From Pseudobdellovibrionaceae bacterium (lineage in GTDB: Bacteria; Bdellovibrionota; Bdellovibrionia; Bdellovibrionales; Bdellovibrionaceae): a stretch of 64,000 nt of DNA. Every line of letters starts with the position of its first letter. Within the stretch, counting starts at the first letter, position 1. This document shows, piece after piece, positions 29,065 through 39,303 of the stretch. The stretch is from contig JBIKLL010000004.1 in assembly GCA_044359815.1 (NCBI GenBank), forward strand, positions 24,244-88,243. Direction: 5' to 3'. A program made the translations under genes and the position numbers. The notes under the pieces were generated by a model. The model made no database searches. It saw only the letters and a program-made list of their open reading frames with translations, and had not been told where the DNA came from.

Positions 29065-29926
29065 ATGATGATTTTAGCTCTGACCCTTTTATTGCAAATG
29101 ATGTCGTTAAACGCCAACGCGAAATTCATAGCGACAACCAATGCCAATCAATGCGTTGAGTTGGCTCCGATGGGCTCTGACTGGCATTTTGCCAAGGGTT
29201 ATACTGAACCTTAACATGTCCATTGAATCCAAAATTTCTGCCTTTGACCAGGCCTGCGGGGCTTTGAATCTTTATACAGATCAGGCGATGTTTTTTAATG
29301 ACTTGGTACCATCTGACTATGATTTGCTGACTGATATTTACGAGGCCGCAAATGGATTTTGGAACGGCAATGATTTTGGCAAAATGAAATTGCTCAAAAT
29401 AAAATTGGCAGAAATCAAAAAAAATCCCAAAGCACTGGATCGCGTGAAAGCAGTGTACGAGTTAGTGACTGAGCAACAGGGTGAATACGATCCAGAGGCT
29501 TTAGAGGCTCAAAAGCAAAACATCAGATACCCGGATTTTCATTTTATTTATTCGCCTGAAAGAACTTTGCAAACAGGAGGGGTGTGCAGAGATTTTTCGA
29601 TGCTTTTAAAGTGGGCTTTGATGCAGGTTGCGCGATCATCATCAATATCAAGGGATGCTGAGGTTTTTACGGCAGATATTAGGGCGGGCAATTTAGTGAC
29701 GGGGCTTGGTCATATGTGGGTGACAGTGAATCTGCCTGAATACGATTTTTGTGGAAGGCTGGTGGCTTATCATTCGGTGGATTTAGATCCCACTAATTTT
29801 AAAAAGGGCTTTGTGCCGCTAATGCCCTATGCCCGGCGTTTAAGTGATAGTGAGCTGTTAAAAAGGTTCAATCAGTGTGAGGCAATAAAAAGCTGCCTAA
29901 AAACCAGTGGGCATCATTCTAAATAA
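29065..29926 (+). pseudogene. secreted transglutaminase-like (Cys-His-Asp) protein, apparently frameshifted near 29200
   Basis: Signal-peptide ORF from 29065 stops near 29213; core GGVCRDF...GHMWV...LDPT is in the next frame. Confidence 0.65.
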
Positions 29927-30143
29927 TATCAGTTACTTAAAATTTTAAAGTGTTTTACCTGGAACTGTTTGTGGCTTTTAGGGAAAGACTTCTAATTTGA
30001 TGCGCTTTGGCCATCGGTTTTCAGCCAGGTGAGGGGTTAATTTAAAGGTTTTTGTGTTAGTTAAATAGGCAATTTGAAGGGTGTTTGAATTAAGCTTGCA
30101 CAATCAGGGAGTTTTTTTTACTTTGGTTTTCTAAAATTTTAGT

Positions 30144-30219
30144 TGGGGTATAGCCAAGTTGGTAAGGCAATAGATTTTGATTCTATCATTCCCTGGTTCG
30201 AGTCCAGGTACCCCATCCA
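30144..30219 (+). tRNA. tRNA-Gln (TTG)
   Basis: Acceptor TGGGGTA/TACCCCA, anticodon arm ATAGA-TTTTGAT-TCTAT, GGTTCGAGTCC T-arm, encoded CCA. Confidence 0.96.
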
Positions 30220-30248
30220 ATTTTCAAAATTAGAGTTTTCACACGAAG

Positions 30249-30276
30249 AGCCGGGATTAACCTCCTGGCTTTTTTG
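30249..30276 (+). terminator. intrinsic terminator downstream of tRNA-Gln
   Basis: AGCCGGGA...TCCTGGCT hairpin plus T-tract. Confidence 0.7.
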
Positions 30277-30650
30277 TTTTGTAACCGCAAGTAAATCAAA
30301 AGGTTTTCTAAAATTCACCGACAGTTTTCCGTCCTTCCAAATCGAGTTCGATACCACAAAATTCAAAATCTTACGCTTTTCCCGCATTTCCTGTTTTTCA
30401 TAAAGAATTACAGATCGTTGTGCGAGTTCGAGAAGTTGAATCCCTTTTTCCATATAAGACTGATCTGCCTTCTTGTGCGCTTCTATCTGCCGCAGGATTT
30501 TGTCCTGCTCATTTCGCCATTCACCGCTCTTAGAATCAAAAAATTCAGAAGTGATCCTGCCATCCAGCTTGTCCAGGTACATCGCATCCACGCGCTCGCC
30601 TATGCGCTTAAACTGCTCTTGCAGCTTCGAGATCATTTCCTCATGGTATT

Positions 30651-31790
30651 TCACCTTTTCGGATTGATCTCAATGGCTACAATTTGGCTCTGAAACGAAG
30701 GTGTTCTTCGAAACTCTTGGCCGACGACGGCATTCATCAAGTGTAGAGCGTGCTGATTCTCCATAATAGACAATCTATAGTCGGCAACATTGACCACGAC
30801 ATAGCTTTGTCCAAGATCATGGGGTAGCCACCTCCATCTTTCCATATTGACTTCGATTTGACTGATCCGATCCTCTATCGGAATATTCAATTCACGAATC
30901 GTTTCTGAATTTAAAACTCCATTTGGATCAAGGCCGTGTCTTTGCTGAAAGGTTCGCAAACCAACTTCGAGATCAGGTCCAAAGAGATCAATCTCAGTTT
31001 GATTGTTTATCGTCTCAGGGAGATCCCGACTCGAACGAAGTCTTTCCCTCAGCAGGGGAATATTTGTTTGGTCATGATCACCAGGCTTCAATTTTAAATC
31101 TGAGGGAAGAATCGGCCATGTGTTTATTCTCAAGAGCGCTTTATAGGATTTCATCGCATCACGTAGTCGTGCATATTCAAGTACAGGCGGATATAGTGAT
31201 TTGATGTACTCGCGTAAGGATTCTGGATTGGCAATGGTCTTCAGATCTGCTGAAATTAAGTTTGTGTCCTTTTTATCTGGAATAAACCACTCAGGATCGA
31301 CCGAAGAGGGATTCACTTTGCCCTGCCTGATATCGGCGGTCAGCCCCAAGAATGCGGCCGTCAAATATATATCGAGTCGGGTCAAATCCGATAATACGTG
31401 CTCGTCATATTCTTGGATATTGGTAGGTTCAAGTTGGCCTAGAAGGTTCACTATGGAAGGAAGATAATATGAATGTGGATCCAAGCCGTCGAATTGGGAG
31501 CCCTCAATCGCTGTAACAAGCTCGTGGACGGACTTGGATATGCCATTGTTGGTGATCCATAACGGTTGAAAATTTGATTTGCGATATGCCACTAGAGTTT
31601 TTGAATTTGATGTCGCACCAAAATTTAAACTTCTAATTTGAAAATCTATATCCGCCGACAACCTGTCATGAATTTGCTCTGTCAGCAGTGGAGGAGAGGA
31701 AGGCCTTTCCGTTTTTGCATTCTTGCTGGCACATGAAATTATGAATGGCACAATAAAAATCAAAAAAAGTGGAATACTTGTTAGATTCAT
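30651..31790 (-). pseudogene. L,D-transpeptidase (YcbB/LdtD-like) lipoprotein, C-terminally truncated
   Basis: Lipobox IISC, PG-binding FQQRHGL, NMERWRWLP, VVG...TP; stops at INP before the catalytic His/Cys motif. Confidence 0.85.
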
Positions 31791-31822
31791 CGCACATTGA
31801 TTGAGCCAGCTACTGCCGTTGA

Positions 31823-32269
31823 TTATTTTTTTATCGGCAATAAGAAATGGACCAATTCTTTCTGTGGTGTCTTTAGCAAATCTTTTTTGATCCATTCGGT
31901 AACATGCTCTTGTACAGCCGGTTCCATGGCTGCCCTTAATTTTCCAAGGAAATGGGGTTCCGCCACAACCGTCAGTGATTTGAATTTTTTCTTTCGATAC
32001 TCGCTTTCGAGAAAGTCTGTAACTTTCTTTGCAAATTGCAGCGCCGCTTCTTCATGTGGGTCATGTCGCTTTGTTTCTGAGTAATGCACAGATCCTCGTC
32101 CTGCTGACTTCACTCCTCGACCGGCTTGTTTTCTGACAAGAGCTCGATTTCGCTCTCTCCCGAGGGGATTATCAAGTTCTTGAAGCTGCTCGAGTCTGTT
32201 CCTTTCAGAAACTTCTTTAAAAATTTTAACGGTTTTTTGACTCGCTACCACAAACCAATGCCCATGCAT
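31823..32269 (-). CDS. host attachment protein family (baeRF12/AtsE-like)
   Basis: WFVVA, VVAEPHFLGKLR and KKDL motifs. Confidence 0.88.
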   Translation of the reverse strand: MHGHWFVVASQKTVKIFKEVSERNRLEQLQELDNPLGRERNRALVRKQAGRGVKSAGRGSVHYSETKRHDPHEEAALQFAKKVTDFLESEYRKKKFKSLTVVAEPHFLGKLRAAMEPAVQEHVTEWIKKDLLKTPQKELVHFLLPIKK

Positions 32270-32305
32270 TTTTTCCTCTTTTCTCTAGAGAACAAGATTG
32301 GAATA

Positions 32306-32321
32306 AGCAATCATCATACCG
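32306..32321 (-). promoter_or_regulatory. sigma54-type -24/-12 promoter
   Basis: CGGTAT-GATGA-TTGCT (GG-N10-GC) upstream of the host attachment gene. Confidence 0.6.
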
Positions 32322-32443
32322 CCCTGCGCTTGAGTTAGGTTGATAGCCAGGTTTTCAAGAGGTGTGCGATGAGACATTTTAGCAGTAGCCCTGACATTTT
32401 GGCTCAAATGTAATCGGCTTATCATCTTACCAGTCTTTAATAA

Positions 32444-32459
32444 TGGCTCATTTGATGCA
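32444..32459 (+). promoter_or_regulatory. sigma54-type -24/-12 promoter
   Basis: TGGCTC-ATTTG-ATGCA upstream of the BON gene. Confidence 0.65.
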
Positions 32460-32520
32460 GTAGCAGACTAAAGGATCGCAAGGTTAATTATATCCTTGTG
32501 CCAAAAATAGGAGAGCTAAA

Positions 32521-33183
32521 ATGAAGACAGATTCACAAATTCAGACAGATGTTATGCAAGAATTAAAATGGGATCCCAGTGTGACGCATGAGCATATTGG
32601 AGTCGCGGTTTCCGATGGGATCGCGACTCTTTCAGGAACCGTTCCCACATACATTGAAAAGTCTGCTGCTGAGAAAGCGGCGCAACGAGTTTCTGGTGTA
32701 AAGGCTGTTGTTGAGAAAATTGAAGTCAAGTTGCCAGGATCATTCAAAAGAGGCGATCAGGAGATCGCTAAAGCCATTGTTAACCATTTTATTTGGAATG
32801 TTCAGGTTCCAGATGATTTGGTAAAGCCCAGTGTTGAAGATGGTTGGGTGGACCTATCGGGCGAAGTCGAGTGGGACTATCAAAGATCTGCAGCTGAAAA
32901 ATGTGCTCGTGGCTTAACTGGAGTTATCGGTGTCACAAATAAAATCACTATTAAAGCAAAAAAAGTTCAGCCTGAAGTTGTTAAGGAAAAAATCGAGACA
33001 GCACTTAAGAGAAAAGCCGAACGAGAAGCTCGACGTATTTCTGTCGCCGTGAACGGAGGCAAAGTTATTTTGTCTGGAAATGTGAGTTCATTTTCAGAGA
33101 TGCGAGACGCCAGAGGTGCCGCATGGAGCGCTCCTGGTGTTACAAGTGTCGAAAATAATTTACACGTTGTCAGCTTTCAATAA
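32521..33183 (+). CDS. triple BON domain protein (OsmY-like)
   Basis: Three repeats of GxVxLSGxV...GV..VxN. Confidence 0.93.
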   Translation: MKTDSQIQTDVMQELKWDPSVTHEHIGVAVSDGIATLSGTVPTYIEKSAAEKAAQRVSGVKAVVEKIEVKLPGSFKRGDQEIAKAIVNHFIWNVQVPDDLVKPSVEDGWVDLSGEVEWDYQRSAAEKCARGLTGVIGVTNKITIKAKKVQPEVVKEKIETALKRKAEREARRISVAVNGGKVILSGNVSSFSEMRDARGAAWSAPGVTSVENNLHVVSFQ

Positions 33184-33284
33184 TGAATCAATGGTGGCGA
33201 TGCCAGATTTCAATTTGGCATCGCTATTTTCGCAATTAAGAAGCGAAGTGCGCGCTACAAAATTGGTGGTTTAGGAGATCTAAA

Positions 33285-35867
33285 ATGACTTTTAACAATC
33301 GACAACATGCGGGCCGACTACTTGGAGAAAAGCTGATCGGCTATAAAAGTTTGAACCCAATTATTCTAGCTCTTCCTCGTGGAGGTGTGCCCGTTGCTGC
33401 AGAAATCGCAACGATTTTAAATGCTCCCCTCGATGTTTTGATTGCTCGTAAAATTGGATATCCATTTCAGCAAGAGTTAGCAGTCGGAGCGCTTAGTGAA
33501 GACTATGAGCCTGTTTGGAGCGAACGAATCCTTTCTCGAACTGGTCTTGAACCCGATGATCTTGGTCGAACAATTTTGTCAGAATCAAAAAAAATCAAAC
33601 AACAGATTGAAGAATTTCGGGACGGACGCGAGCTTCCGTCGACGGCACAAAGGACAGTTATTATTGTAGATGACGGCCTTGCTACAGGTGCAACAGTCAC
33701 TGCGGCAGTTAAATATTTGAAGAAAAGAGGAGCCGCAAAAATCATTGTAGCCGTTCCGATTGCAGCGGCAATCTCTGCAAGACAGCTTAGAGGTAAAGTC
33801 GACGCTCTAATCAGTTTGGAGGAACCAGAGGACCTATTGTCAGTCGGTCAATGGTATGAGGAATTTTCTCAAGTTTCTAATGAAGAGGTTGTTATGATTC
33901 TCAAAGAAAATCAGAAAAGAAACGATGCAAATATAAGTGTCCGAAGTCTAGAAATTCCTGTCGATCAAGCAACCCTCAGTGGGGATCTTACGATGTTTCC
34001 ATCAATGAAAGCTTTGATCATTTTTGCTCATGGCAGCGGTAGCGGTCGCAAGAGTCCACGGAATCAGATGGTAGCAAGTGAGCTCAACAAGGCAGGATTT
34101 GGTACCTTGCTCTTTGATCTGCTGACAGATCAAGAAGCAAAAAATCGAAAAAATGTTTTTGATATCAATTTTTTGAGCAACCGATTGGTTTCTGTCACCA
34201 AATGGCTACGCCAACAACCAGATTTAAAAGTTACCCAACTAGGATATTTCGGCGCAAGCACCGGCGCCGGAGCTGCCATTCAAGCGGCAAGCAAGTTATC
34301 TGGTTCCGATAGCGTGTACGCTATTGTTAGTCGCGGTGGCCGTCCGGATTTAGCGGGTGATGCTTTGAAGATCGTTAAATCTCCGACTCTTCTGTTGGTC
34401 GGAGGCCAAGACTTTGATGTCATTGAACTCAATCGCCAGGCACAGAAACTTTTATTCAATTCAAAATTATCAATTGTTCCAGGGGCTACACACCTTTTTG
34501 AAGAACCAGGCACTCTTGAAGAGGTCTCTCGCCTCGCGGCGCTTTGGTTTAAAGACCATCTTGAATTACCAAAGCTTAAATCGAAATCCAAACAGACTTT
34601 AGATGAGGCCGTTGAGAGCGGAATGATTGGAGTGAGGAATGAAAACGACTTCGATCGACTCATTGAATCTGTAAAAGATGCTCGTGTGGTAATGCTGGGT
34701 GAAGCCTCCCATGGAACTCAAGAATTTTATCAAATAAGAAGCCTTATTTCTAAGCGTCTCATCAAAGATCACGGGTTTAAATTCATCGCTGTCGAAGGTG
34801 ACTGGCCAGACGCTTATCGCCTTAATAAATATATTCAAAAGGGTGAAGGCGGAAATGCTAAAGCTGTATTGATGCACAATCACCGTTGGCCGACTTGGAT
34901 GTGGACTAATGACGAAATCGTAAAACTTGCTGAATGGATGAGGACCGAACGCGCTGGATTTTATGGCTTGGATGTCTATTCTTTTTTTGAATCCATTGAT
35001 GAGGTGGTGAATTATTTAAAGAAAAATAATCTACCCTTGGCACAAGAAATTCAACGGCGCTATGCTTGCTTAGATCCATTTGAGGGCGATGAAATTTCTT
35101 ACGCACGTTCCTTGTTGAAATATCCTCCTGGATGCGAAAATGAAGTGCTGTTAAACCTTCAAAGGCTTCTCGAGCTTCGTGTGAAGGATGTGGCGCAAGA
35201 CGGAGATGAACTTTTTAGCTCTCAACAGAATGCTCGAATTGTTGCCAATGCAGAAACCTATTATCGCGCTATGCTTTCAGGCGATGCCAGTTCCTGGAAT
35301 GTGCGAGATGGACACATGATGGAAACCCTGGATCGCCTTTTAGAAAGAGCTGGCGAAGGAGCCAAAGCCATTGTTTGGGCGCATAACACTCATATCGGTG
35401 ATTATCGAGCCACTGATATGAAAGAGGCCGGCTACATAAATCTTGGAGGACTAGCCCGACAAAGTTATGGAGAAGAAAATGTAGCACTTGTTGGTTTTGG
35501 AACTTATCAAGGTGAAGTCCTCGCTGGATCCGGCTGGGGCCGCCCTGAAGAGATTATGCCTTTGCCCGCAGCTCATGAAGAAAGTTATGAGTATCACTTT
35601 CACAGGGCTGCGCAAAACCACAATCTCAATCAGTTTTATCTCTTACTAGAAAACAAAACTCACACTCCATTTGCACATCGATTGGGACATCGTGCGATTG
35701 GTGTGGTCTATGACCCTCGTCATGAGCGCCGTGGAAACTATGTGCCAACTGAACTTTCAAAGCGATACGATGCCTTTGTTTTTGTAGATCAAACTCATGC
35801 CTTGAAGTCATTACACACGGCTTATGTGCTTGGTGAATTTCCTGAAACTTGGCCGACAGGACAGTGA
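33285..35867 (+). CDS. phosphoribosyltransferase / alpha-beta hydrolase / erythromycin esterase fusion
   Basis: LALPRGGVPV and IIVDDGLATG; FAHGSGS and GASTG; LGEASHGT, AVEGDWPD and WAHNTHIGD. Confidence 0.92.
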   Translation: MTFNNRQHAGRLLGEKLIGYKSLNPIILALPRGGVPVAAEIATILNAPLDVLIARKIGYPFQQELAVGALSEDYEPVWSERILSRTGLEPDDLGRTILSESKKIKQQIEEFRDGRELPSTAQRTVIIVDDGLATGATVTAAVKYLKKRGAAKIIVAVPIAAAISARQLRGKVDALISLEEPEDLLSVGQWYEEFSQVSNEEVVMILKENQKRNDANISVRSLEIPVDQATLSGDLTMFPSMKALIIFAHGSGSGRKSPRNQMVASELNKAGFGTLLFDLLTDQEAKNRKNVFDINFLSNRLVSVTKWLRQQPDLKVTQLGYFGASTGAGAAIQAASKLSGSDSVYAIVSRGGRPDLAGDALKIVKSPTLLLVGGQDFDVIELNRQAQKLLFNSKLSIVPGATHLFEEPGTLEEVSRLAALWFKDHLELPKLKSKSKQTLDEAVESGMIGVRNENDFDRLIESVKDARVVMLGEASHGTQEFYQIRSLISKRLIKDHGFKFIAVEGDWPDAYRLNKYIQKGEGGNAKAVLMHNHRWPTWMWTNDEIVKLAEWMRTERAGFYGLDVYSFFESIDEVVNYLKKNNLPLAQEIQRRYACLDPFEGDEISYARSLLKYPPGCENEVLLNLQRLLELRVKDVAQDGDELFSSQQNARIVANAETYYRAMLSGDASSWNVRDGHMMETLDRLLERAGEGAKAIVWAHNTHIGDYRATDMKEAGYINLGGLARQSYGEENVALVGFGTYQGEVLAGSGWGRPEEIMPLPAAHEESYEYHFHRAAQNHNLNQFYLLLENKTHTPFAHRLGHRAIGVVYDPRHERRGNYVPTELSKRYDAFVFVDQTHALKSLHTAYVLGEFPETWPTGQ

Positions 35868-35870
35868 TTT

Positions 35871-36422
35871 ATGGAATATACACAACCTCTCTCTAGTATC
35901 GGAAGCAGAATCAATGTGGTGTCTGTTGTTGCTGGGGTCATGTTAACGTTGGCCATTATGTTCTTTTCTATGTCCCTAGCGGCGGCACTTGGATTTTGGT
36001 CTTATCGGCCAGACGAACTTCCTCTTTTGGGACCTAAGTTTTGGACAGTAGCCTCTATCGCATGGACAGTGAGTGTCTTTGTAGGTTCAGTCTGGGCTAC
36101 AATGTCTTCACGTTCGACAGAAATGAAAAATGGCGTTTTGAATGCTGTAACGGCCTGGGCTGGTAGTTACCTTCTTTTCGGGGGAATCGCCCTTACAATC
36201 GCAGACTCAAACCTTCGTACGCTGCTGGGCTCGCCGACCATAGGTCTTTTTTGGCATGGATTTATTGGCGACGCCATTGCACTAATAGCTGGGATTGTTG
36301 GAGGAGTATTAGGAACCTACGCCGAGCGCGGAACCTTAAGGGTAAGAGCGCCAAAAGCCGATCAAAAAAGCTCAACAGGGGTAACTTCAAAGTTCGACGA
36401 AATGAATTCGGCAAAGGTTTAA
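35871..36422 (+). CDS. hypothetical membrane protein
   Basis: Four hydrophobic segments. Confidence 0.75.
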   Translation: MEYTQPLSSIGSRINVVSVVAGVMLTLAIMFFSMSLAAALGFWSYRPDELPLLGPKFWTVASIAWTVSVFVGSVWATMSSRSTEMKNGVLNAVTAWAGSYLLFGGIALTIADSNLRTLLGSPTIGLFWHGFIGDAIALIAGIVGGVLGTYAERGTLRVRAPKADQKSSTGVTSKFDEMNSAKV

Positions 36423-36442
36423 TTTCGGATAGGAAAAATCTT

Positions 36443-37441
36443 TTGAAGGCTATGGTTCTAGAAAGTCATTCACCAATTGAAACGGCCCCACTTCAGTGGG
36501 TTGATGTTCCAATGCCAGAACCAGCTGATCAAGAAATTAGAATTAAAATATCCGCGTGTGGAATCTGCAGGACTGATCTCCATGTTATTGAAGGAGAGCT
36601 CCCAACTAAAATATTACCTATCATCCCCGGTCATCAGATTATAGGCGTGGTGGATAAAGTCGGTACCGGTTGCAAACGATTTACGGTTGGCACCCGGATT
36701 GGAATTGCTTGGCTGAGGTGGACCTGTGGTCAATGTGAGTTCTGCAAAACGGGAAAAGAGAATCTTTGTCCCGAATCGAAATACACCGGGTATAACAATC
36801 ACGGCGGATATGCTGAATATGCAGTCGTTAATGAGAATTATGCCTATGAGATTCCAAAAATATTTAGTGATGAAGAAGCTGTTCCCCTTCTTTGTGCAGG
36901 CATTGTGGGCTATCGAGCCTTACAAAGAAGTCTTTTGCCGAACGGTGGCACCCTTGCAATTTTTGGCTTCGGGTCGTCGGCTCATATGATTATCCAAGTT
37001 GTCCTTCACCGTTCTTGTCGAGTGCTAGTTGTGACGAGGGGAGAAAAACATCGAGAACTAGCGCGACAAATGGGCGCGTATTGGGTTGGTGAAGGAGTGG
37101 ATAGTTTACCCGAAAAAGTTGACAGTGCGATCATTTTTGCCCCGGTTGGAGGAATTTTACCCCAAGCTCTCAGCGTATTGAAAAGAGGGGGAACGGTTTC
37201 TCTGGCCGGCATTCACATGAGTGAGATTCCGAAACTTGATTATAGCGAGCATCTTTTTTATGAGCGCAATGTTCACTCGGTTACTGCCAACACACGCGAA
37301 GATGGCATTAATTTCTTGAAAGAGGCATCGGAAATTCCAATTAAACCGCATATGAGAACTTACCCTTTGCAAGACGCTAACATAGCTCTTCAGGATTTGA
37401 AAAATGATAGAATCAATGGAACAGGTGTTTTGATTATCTGA
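36443..37441 (+). CDS. zinc-dependent alcohol dehydrogenase
   Basis: CGICRTDLH, PGHQIIG, CGQCEFC...C and PLLCAG; TTG start inferred (MKAMVL). Confidence 0.92.
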   Translation: MKAMVLESHSPIETAPLQWVDVPMPEPADQEIRIKISACGICRTDLHVIEGELPTKILPIIPGHQIIGVVDKVGTGCKRFTVGTRIGIAWLRWTCGQCEFCKTGKENLCPESKYTGYNNHGGYAEYAVVNENYAYEIPKIFSDEEAVPLLCAGIVGYRALQRSLLPNGGTLAIFGFGSSAHMIIQVVLHRSCRVLVVTRGEKHRELARQMGAYWVGEGVDSLPEKVDSAIIFAPVGGILPQALSVLKRGGTVSLAGIHMSEIPKLDYSEHLFYERNVHSVTANTREDGINFLKEASEIPIKPHMRTYPLQDANIALQDLKNDRINGTGVLII

Positions 37442-37451
37442 ATCACAAACT

Positions 37452-38210
37452 TTAAATTTGGGCTTCAAGCTGTTTTATTGCAAAGCGAAGGGCCGGCTGG
37501 ATAGTTCGCCTTGCTTTTTGGTAATGTAAGACCGCATCGGATTGAACTTTTATATTTTTTCCTGAAAAATCTTGCAGAATCTCGAGATCATGCCCCCTAC
37601 CCAATGGACCTTGTAAATTTCGAAGTGGCTGAATAGGCTTTCCGATAGCCTCCAGTACATATCTTGCCTTCTTTGCTGTGATTCGCAACTCATGAAGGTC
37701 ATCATCATTGATACGGGCTTTTCGAACCCACGGAATAAGTCTTCCGCGCAGCCGAGTAAGCCCTACCGCTAGATTAAGTTCCGGATGGCTTTGTAACTTT
37801 CTAACAGCTCTTTCAAGATCGTGTTGAATTTTTTGTCGATGCTTTGAATCGATTTTTGCGAACAACATCTGTTTCTTCAAGCGACGCTGTGATTTTAGTT
37901 TTTTTGTCTTGAGATGGTAATGAGTGGCATCCTGAATTGCTACATCGAGCTCACGTTGTTCACCAAGGACTTGACCGAGTTTGCGCAGAGATGAAGGCAA
38001 TTTTCCAAATGATATACGAGGAGACCCATGTTCAATCAGCCAAAGCGCCGCACGTATTCTACGAATAGTCACGCGAAGTTCATGAACATTCTTTCTTGTG
38101 GGATCCTGATTGGTTCCTCGGACTTGCTTTTCAAATAAATGTCTTTGCCGGATGAGATAATCCACGAGAGGAATATTCATATCTTTTGCCGCCATCGATT
38201 CCTCTATCAT
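37452..38210 (-). CDS. CHAD domain protein
   Basis: VHELRVTIRRIR, RELDV, LHELRITAKKARY and LGRGHD motifs. Confidence 0.9.
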   Translation of the reverse strand: MIEESMAAKDMNIPLVDYLIRQRHLFEKQVRGTNQDPTRKNVHELRVTIRRIRAALWLIEHGSPRISFGKLPSSLRKLGQVLGEQRELDVAIQDATHYHLKTKKLKSQRRLKKQMLFAKIDSKHRQKIQHDLERAVRKLQSHPELNLAVGLTRLRGRLIPWVRKARINDDDLHELRITAKKARYVLEAIGKPIQPLRNLQGPLGRGHDLEILQDFSGKNIKVQSDAVLHYQKARRTIQPALRFAIKQLEAQI

Positions 38211-38216
38211 AAATAT

Positions 38217-38762
38217 TCAAATTACAGCCATTGAAGTTACCTGGGGACCTTTCTCGCCAGGCTCCTCATGAAATCTCACCCTTTGGCCAATCTTCAAATG
38301 ATTGAAATTCTCATTGGTGATACTGTTTTCGCCAAAATAACATTCACGGCCATTGCTTGTTTCCAAAAATCCAAAGCCTTCTTGGTAAAAGACCTTTGAA
38401 ATCTTACCTTCTTCTGATTGTTGCTCATGAAACTTTGTTTTATGGCGAACAATTCTAACTCTGTCCTGAAGTATACGTTCAGCTGCGTTGAATGAATCTC
38501 CAATGGCAACATAAATATCTCGATGTGTTTCATCTTTAGGATGGTTTCGGTTAACGATGACATCTTCGCCTGGAATAATAAGATGTATTTGAATATGATA
38601 AAGACGATCTGCTTGACGATGTCGATGAGGACATGAAATCGCTACTTCACATCGAACAATGCGGTCAAAAAAGTGCTCAAGCTTTTCAATTCTCTTTTGG
38701 ACCGCCATCCAAACGGCATCAGACTCTGGAAAGTCTAAGAAAGTGATTTGAAATGGAATCAT
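38217..38762 (-). CDS. HPF/RaiA ribosome-associated protein fused to a cold-shock domain
   Basis: PFQITF...DIYVAIGDSF; C-terminal GFGFL...YF...GEKGPQ. Confidence 0.9.
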   Translation of the reverse strand: MIPFQITFLDFPESDAVWMAVQKRIEKLEHFFDRIVRCEVAISCPHRHRQADRLYHIQIHLIIPGEDVIVNRNHPKDETHRDIYVAIGDSFNAAERILQDRVRIVRHKTKFHEQQSEEGKISKVFYQEGFGFLETSNGRECYFGENSITNENFNHLKIGQRVRFHEEPGEKGPQVTSMAVI

Positions 38763-38772
38763 GTCACCCTCC

Positions 38773-39303
38773 CTAGGTAAGCGAGATATCTTTTGAAGTA
38801 TAGTTGTCTATTTTCTCAAAAAATATTTTAAGAGATGGTTTGAGCGAACCAAGTACGTCAGCGATTTCCCCAGGACTTACATGTTTCATGATCACCTTTA
38901 GCGCAACCAAAACACCCTGCTCGAAATCAAAATTGGGCTCCCCATTTGGGCCCATTTTATTTCTCACATCGTTTAGAAACTCTTCCTTTGAAAGGCCTTT
39001 TGGCCTTTCAGCCTTCGGATCCCAACATTCATAAAAAGTGCCTTTTAACAGAAGCGGCAGTTGAGCAGCCAACTGAGCGGCCTCATTGGTATTCAAGTGA
39101 TCGCGAAAGGTTTGCAACACAGCTTTCAGAAGATGGTAGACGCCGTCGGCGTCCATCCACTTTAGTTCTTCGTGCATCTCGCTCACCCAAACTTCAGATT
39201 TCTGAACCGTCCTAGAAAAAACCGTAACATGATCTTTTAGTTTCACTACTTTAGGAGGCGCCTTACTTTTCCTGGTAGTTTTATGAACGGCCTTGTTAGC
39301 CAT
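38773..39303 (-). CDS. DUF2267 domain protein
   Basis: AVLQTFRDHL...LAAQLPLLLKGTFYECWDP...HVSPGEI. Confidence 0.88.
   Translation of the reverse strand: MANKAVHKTTRKSKAPPKVVKLKDHVTVFSRTVQKSEVWVSEMHEELKWMDADGVYHLLKAVLQTFRDHLNTNEAAQLAAQLPLLLKGTFYECWDPKAERPKGLSKEEFLNDVRNKMGPNGEPNFDFEQGVLVALKVIMKHVSPGEIADVLGSLKPSLKIFFEKIDNYTSKDISLT

Larger units (their letters stand above)
30139..30660 (-). pseudogene. C-terminal remnant of a large serine recombinase reading into the tRNA antisense
   Basis: YLDKLDGRIT...EKRKILNFV...FRKPFDLL coiled-coil tail; ends WMGYLDSNQG across the tRNA; catalytic domain absent. Confidence 0.8.

Noticed and set aside
33285..35867. Macrolide resistance gene (ere)
   Set aside because: The esterase-family domain is in a stress-island fusion, and family membership does not imply resistance.
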